From NCBI GenBank assembly GCA_963706445.1, contig OY970160.1, positions 800,001-864,000 on the forward strand: 64,000 bases of DNA, written 5' to 3'. The notes under the pieces are model-generated. The model made no database searches and had not been told where the DNA came from. It worked only from the letters and a program-made list of their open reading frames with translations. Numbering within the stretch: position 1 is the stretch's first letter; each line of letters begins with the position of its first letter. The translations under genes were made by a program, and so were the position numbers. This DNA comes from an uncultured Nitrososphaerales archaeon. Lineage in GTDB: Archaea; Thermoproteota; Nitrososphaeria; Nitrososphaerales; Gagatemarchaeaceae. Positions 60,439 through 64,000 of this stretch are shown in pieces.

Positions 60439-61251
60439 TTGAAATGTGATTTCTGCGGAAAGGACGAGGCCCTTCCCTTCATCTGCAACTACTGCGGCGG
60501 CGTATTCTGCCCGGATCACAGGCTTCCAGAGTCTCATCAGTGCCGAGGTGACCTCACACAGAAGAGGACGGCCATAGCACCACCTCAAACCACCTTTAGC
60601 TGGCAGGAGCCCATGGCTTCACCTTTACCAACGGTCAAACAGGGGAGAATCTTTTCTGGCAAAGAAATACGAGACATCATAATTGCTTGGCTGGCATTGG
60701 GAGTCGCATTCTCCTTCGCGCTGGCTGGGGGAGGATTCACGCTGTTTGCCAGTCCCATATCCGCTAGTGACCTGCTCCTTCTCATCGGGATATCCCTGGT
60801 TACCGTCGGTACCGGATTCGTCTTTCACGAGCTGAGCCACAAGTTCGTCGCGCAGAGGTATGGCTACTGGGCGGAATTCCGGATGTGGCCTATGGGCCTT
60901 GTGCTGGCCCTGGTAACCTCACTGATTGGCTTCATTTTTGCCGCACCCGGAGCCACCTACATTTCTGGCTCGAATATCTCCACGGGAGAGAACGGACGCA
61001 TCTCGGTTGCCGGCCCCCTTACCAACGTAGTAATCGCCATCGCATTCTCTCCCCTGCTGCTCTTCGACAGCACGAGTGTACTTTGGGCCGTTGGCTTCAT
61101 CGGACTTCGGATCAACGTGTTCCTCGCCCTGTTCAACATGCTTCCGATTGGTCCGCTGGATGGCGCCAAGGTATACAGGTGGAACCTCCCTGTTTGGGTT
61201 TTGGTCTTCGTCCCCCTTGTCGTGGCCTTCTACTTCATCTATCTCGCATAG
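60439..61251 (+). CDS. AN1-type zinc finger fused to a site-2 protease (peptidase M50)
   Basis: CDFCG..PFICNYCGGVFCPDHRLPESHQC; HELSH; AGP; NMLPIGPLDG. Confidence 0.9.
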   Translation: MKCDFCGKDEALPFICNYCGGVFCPDHRLPESHQCRGDLTQKRTAIAPPQTTFSWQEPMASPLPTVKQGRIFSGKEIRDIIIAWLALGVAFSFALAGGGFTLFASPISASDLLLLIGISLVTVGTGFVFHELSHKFVAQRYGYWAEFRMWPMGLVLALVTSLIGFIFAAPGATYISGSNISTGENGRISVAGPLTNVVIAIAFSPLLLFDSTSVLWAVGFIGLRINVFLALFNMLPIGPLDGAKVYRWNLPVWVLVFVPLVVAFYFIYLA

Positions 61252-61349
61252 GGGACCGTCTGGACGTCAGGTCAAGCTTCGATAACCATCATGTTAAGAA
61301 AGATGAAGACTGTCACCTAAGCTCTCATAGAAACTTAACTTAACATCGT

Positions 61350-61922
61350 ATGTCAATGGTGGTCCCGGAGTCGGAGCAGCAGTCGTCTGGCCCTCTACGC
61401 TTGCTCGCCGAATGGGCATCCTCGGTTCACGCATTCAGGAGGAACAAAGTCCCTGCCACGAAGAAAGTGGTCGCGGCCGGGCTTTGCAACTCGGGATACT
61501 CGTACAGGGAAGTCGCGTCAATGATGAGGGGGATGTCCTACGTTGCGGTTAGAGATGCATACTTCGCCATAGTCACAAGCTTACCAAGAGAGGTGAAAAG
61601 GAATCGCCGAGAGGTGTCCATTGATGGGGCCGACGTCAGCATCGGCGGAAAGAGCTACCACCTCTGGCTCGCCAGAGACGTCGATTCGGGTGAAATCATG
61701 TCGTTCCAGGCATCTCCCAGAGCCTCCGCAGAGGACGGAGCGAGATTCCTCTCCAACGTGGCGTCTCAGTGCGAGAACCGTCCAATACTCAAACTGGGAT
61801 ACGGAGCCAATCGACCTCGGGGCCTCCTGAACTTGGATCTGTACTTCAGTTCTGCGGAGACGCTCATCGCCAGGCTTGGGAGGTTTTTCACTTGGAACAA
61901 GCCCGAAGCGACAATGTCTTAA
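61350..61922 (+). mobile_element. degenerate IS6-family DDE transposase relic
   Basis: SYREVA HTH; VSIDGADVSIGGKSYHLWLARDVDSGEI; later D/E residues absent; weak IR-like ends at 61306-61316 and 61908-61918. Confidence 0.6.
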
Positions 61923-61947
61923 GAGAAGAGTACAACTCAAAGGCCCG

Positions 61948-62397
61948 ATGAGTTACAAGCTCGTGTATGATTCCGACTGCGGACCCTGCAGGGGGTTCAA
62001 GAAAACGGTTGGCTTCTTCGATTCCAAAAGGAGGATGAGTTTTGTCGGCCTCTCCGATGGGGACCGAGAAGGGATGCTCGATGCAATTCCCGCTGCTCGA
62101 AGAATGACTTCATTTCATCTGATATCCCCAGAAGGAGAGGCACTGAGCGGGTCCGCCGCCTTGCCCCGGCTCATCGGCCTGCTTCCGGCAGGGCGGCCGT
62201 TTGCCTGGGTGATTTTTCGAAGCATCCCACTGACTCGAGCGACTTTTTTTGCCTACTCTGTTTTCTCCCGCCTCCACGGGTTGTCCTCTTGCTCCTATCG
62301 CGCCGGCGGTTCAGTGTCAACATCGATATCGACGTTGAGGGTGCCTAAGGGAAATGAAGCTTCTAATAGCCTTCGAGAGCCATACCTCGGGTTCTGA
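61948..62397 (+). CDS. DCC1-like thiol-disulfide oxidoreductase (DUF393)
   Basis: LVYDSDCGPC, SFHLI..G..SGSAA. Confidence 0.85.
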   Translation: MSYKLVYDSDCGPCRGFKKTVGFFDSKRRMSFVGLSDGDREGMLDAIPAARRMTSFHLISPEGEALSGSAALPRLIGLLPAGRPFAWVIFRSIPLTRATFFAYSVFSRLHGLSSCSYRAGGSVSTSISTLRVPKGNEASNSLREPYLGF

Positions 62398-62479
62398 TGA
62401 GTGGGGTCAATTTTTTGACCAGTTTGCAACTGTAAATTCACCCCTTTCACTATATCCGTTCGCCCGCCTTGATGCGAGC

Positions 62480-63157
62480 ATGCGTTCTGAAGCTCTCGAG
62501 AAGCTGGTTAACAAGCCAGTAAAGGACACCTACGGTAGGTATGTCGGTTTTGTTGTCGGATTCTCCGTCGACACCTCCGGGGACCTGAAGTCGGTAGGAG
62601 TGGACCAGGGAAACGGTGAGTTCAACGAATACCCGAATCAGAGGATCGTATCGACCGCGGAGGGGTTCGTCGTGATTCCTTCATGGAAGGTAGAATGTGA
62701 TAGCCTCGGAAAGGAGATCGACGGGGTAAAGCGAAGAGCAAAGGCACTACAGGACCTAGCGCGTGAAGGGGAGGTCCCCAGGGCCCTCTACGACGACATG
62801 ATGGGAAAGTACCAGGACGACGCGAGCAAGATCCAAGGCTCTTACAAGTCTCTTGCCGAAGGCATGGTGGTCCGCATGGGCGAATTGGAGGGCCAGAAGG
62901 AGTCCCTGGACAGGTTCCTCGTGGAGGTCAAGGTCCAGTTCAGGGCAGGGGAGATTGACGAAGCGGCATACAAGGTGGCCGCTGAGTGCTGCCAAGCCAT
63001 GCAGACCCGCAACTCCCAGGAGATGGCTGAATTGGGGAAGATGCTCAAGTCTGCGACTGAGCCACTTCCAGCGACCACACCCGAACAGCCTACAACGAAA
63101 CCACAGCAGGTCGCCCAGGCACCAGTCCAGAGAGTAGCCCAGTCGAACGCAGGATAG
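62480..63157 (+). CDS. cdvA: cell division protein CdvA
   Basis: N-terminal PRC-like KPVKDTYGRYVG..PSWK followed by a coiled coil RRAKALQDL..GEIDEAAY. Confidence 0.85.
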   Translation: MRSEALEKLVNKPVKDTYGRYVGFVVGFSVDTSGDLKSVGVDQGNGEFNEYPNQRIVSTAEGFVVIPSWKVECDSLGKEIDGVKRRAKALQDLAREGEVPRALYDDMMGKYQDDASKIQGSYKSLAEGMVVRMGELEGQKESLDRFLVEVKVQFRAGEIDEAAYKVAAECCQAMQTRNSQEMAELGKMLKSATEPLPATTPEQPTTKPQQVAQAPVQRVAQSNAG

Positions 63158-63208
63158 GGCGCGCCGGGGTCTGGGTAAGAGTGGCGCCGCAGTCCAGGTG
63201 AAGCAAGC

Positions 63209-63694
63209 ATGAGCAGGTTATTTTCTCTTCATGAAAGCCAGCTCCTGGCACGGAGCCTGAAGATTTCAAGACCCATGCGTCTCGTCGTGGGAACGGTCGC
63301 CGGAGCCATAGCGGCGAACGCCGCAGCGGCCATGCAGCTCACAAGCGATACCGGCGAGGTGGCCATGATAGGGCTTCTTTTCGTTTCCCTTGCCTTGGGG
63401 ACCTTTGCGATCACGTCCGACATCTACTCCAGGTCTAGCCAGGTCGTCTCGAACCTGCGCTCCCTCGGTGCCAACGGCAGGAGCATTTCCAGTGCCATCT
63501 TCCTCGCGGTCATTGGCTACGGGGCTGCAGGCTCGGCACTAGGTGCAGGGGTAGGAACTGCGGTCGGGGCATCGTTAGGAGGACAGAGCAGCCTCGTTTC
63601 TAGTCTGGTCGTCGTCTTTGCCATTGTTCTCACCTGTTCAGTCGCAGCTGCTACGGGCGTCTATGTAGGAGGGAGAAGGGACTGGCCCAACTAG
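63209..63694 (+). CDS. FtsX-like ABC permease (short)
   Basis: LRSLGA motif; 4 TM; overlaps the ATPase gene. Confidence 0.7.
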   Translation: MSRLFSLHESQLLARSLKISRPMRLVVGTVAGAIAANAAAAMQLTSDTGEVAMIGLLFVSLALGTFAITSDIYSRSSQVVSNLRSLGANGRSISSAIFLAVIGYGAAGSALGAGVGTAVGASLGGQSSLVSSLVVVFAIVLTCSVAAATGVYVGGRRDWPN

Positions 63695-64000
63695 GGGTCA
63701 TCCGCAAAGCAGAGTCGGCAAATCGAGGGCGATATTCGGTCGAACTCAAGCACGTTTCGAAGTCCTATGGGCCTGATGGAGAAACGGAAATCTACACGGA
63801 CCTGCACTTCCAACTACTAATGGGGACATTTGTCGCACTGGTGGGCCCCATCGGGAGCGGGAAGACAACGATGCTTAACCTCCTGGCGGGACTTGAAAGG
63901 CCCACCTCCGGGTCCATAGTAGTAATGGGCCAGGACATTACCAAGATGTCTGATGAAGCACTTGGGGCACACAGGGCAAGAACCATTGGTCTTGTCCCTC
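63682..64000 (+). CDS. ABC transporter ATP-binding protein (LolD/MacB type), runs off the window
   Basis: [33 protein letters not shown]; probable CTG start after AGGAGGGAG; not in the ORF track. Confidence 0.88.
   Translation, partial: MAQLGVIRKAESANRGRYSVELKHVSKSYGPDGETEIYTDLHFQLLMGTFVALVGPIGSGKTTMLNLLAGLERPTSGSIVVMGQDITKMSDEALGAHRARTIGLVP

Overview
GC-rich archaeal DNA, most likely a Nitrososphaerota (Thaumarchaeota)-type lineage. Support: a stand-alone cdvA, TATA-like boxes ~25-30 bp before starts, many TTG/GTG starts, a class III signal peptide, and a VPEF-type C-terminal anchor. No rRNA, tRNA or CRISPR array was found. Layout: (1) 0.5-2.9 kb, a DsrE2-TusA-SQR-like-ArsR sulfane-sulfur operon. 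(2) 5.5-9 kb, CBS protein, TusA-cupin fusion and a degenerate KaiC-like ATPase coupled to a membrane protein. (3) 9-23 kb, secreted and surface proteins. (4) 23-28 kb, a patch of small Zn-finger proteins and a paralogous split-CxxC pair. (5) 29-41 kb, a sulfate-activation island: sat, cysC, two cytoplasmic alkaline-phosphatase-superfamily (COG3379-like) enzymes, ComA-wHTH, two TauE, Lrp, two RHH-like proteins ending in RLxxLGY, and a GT2. A third COG3379-like gene (51 kb) and a GT-C-like gene (55-58 kb) lie among surface-protein genes that include three paralogues of an uncharacterised alpha/alpha-barrel domain. (6) 60-64 kb, AN1-M50 protease, IS6 relic, DCC1, cdvA and ABC genes. The best candidate for an undescribed system is PAPS production with no reductase or canonical sulfotransferase in the window. 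The AP-superfamily enzymes may be the sulfo-transfer step for envelope glycans or lipids, and the RLxxLGY tail they lack is carried by separate RHH proteins. All family calls are by eye from motifs; no searches were run.
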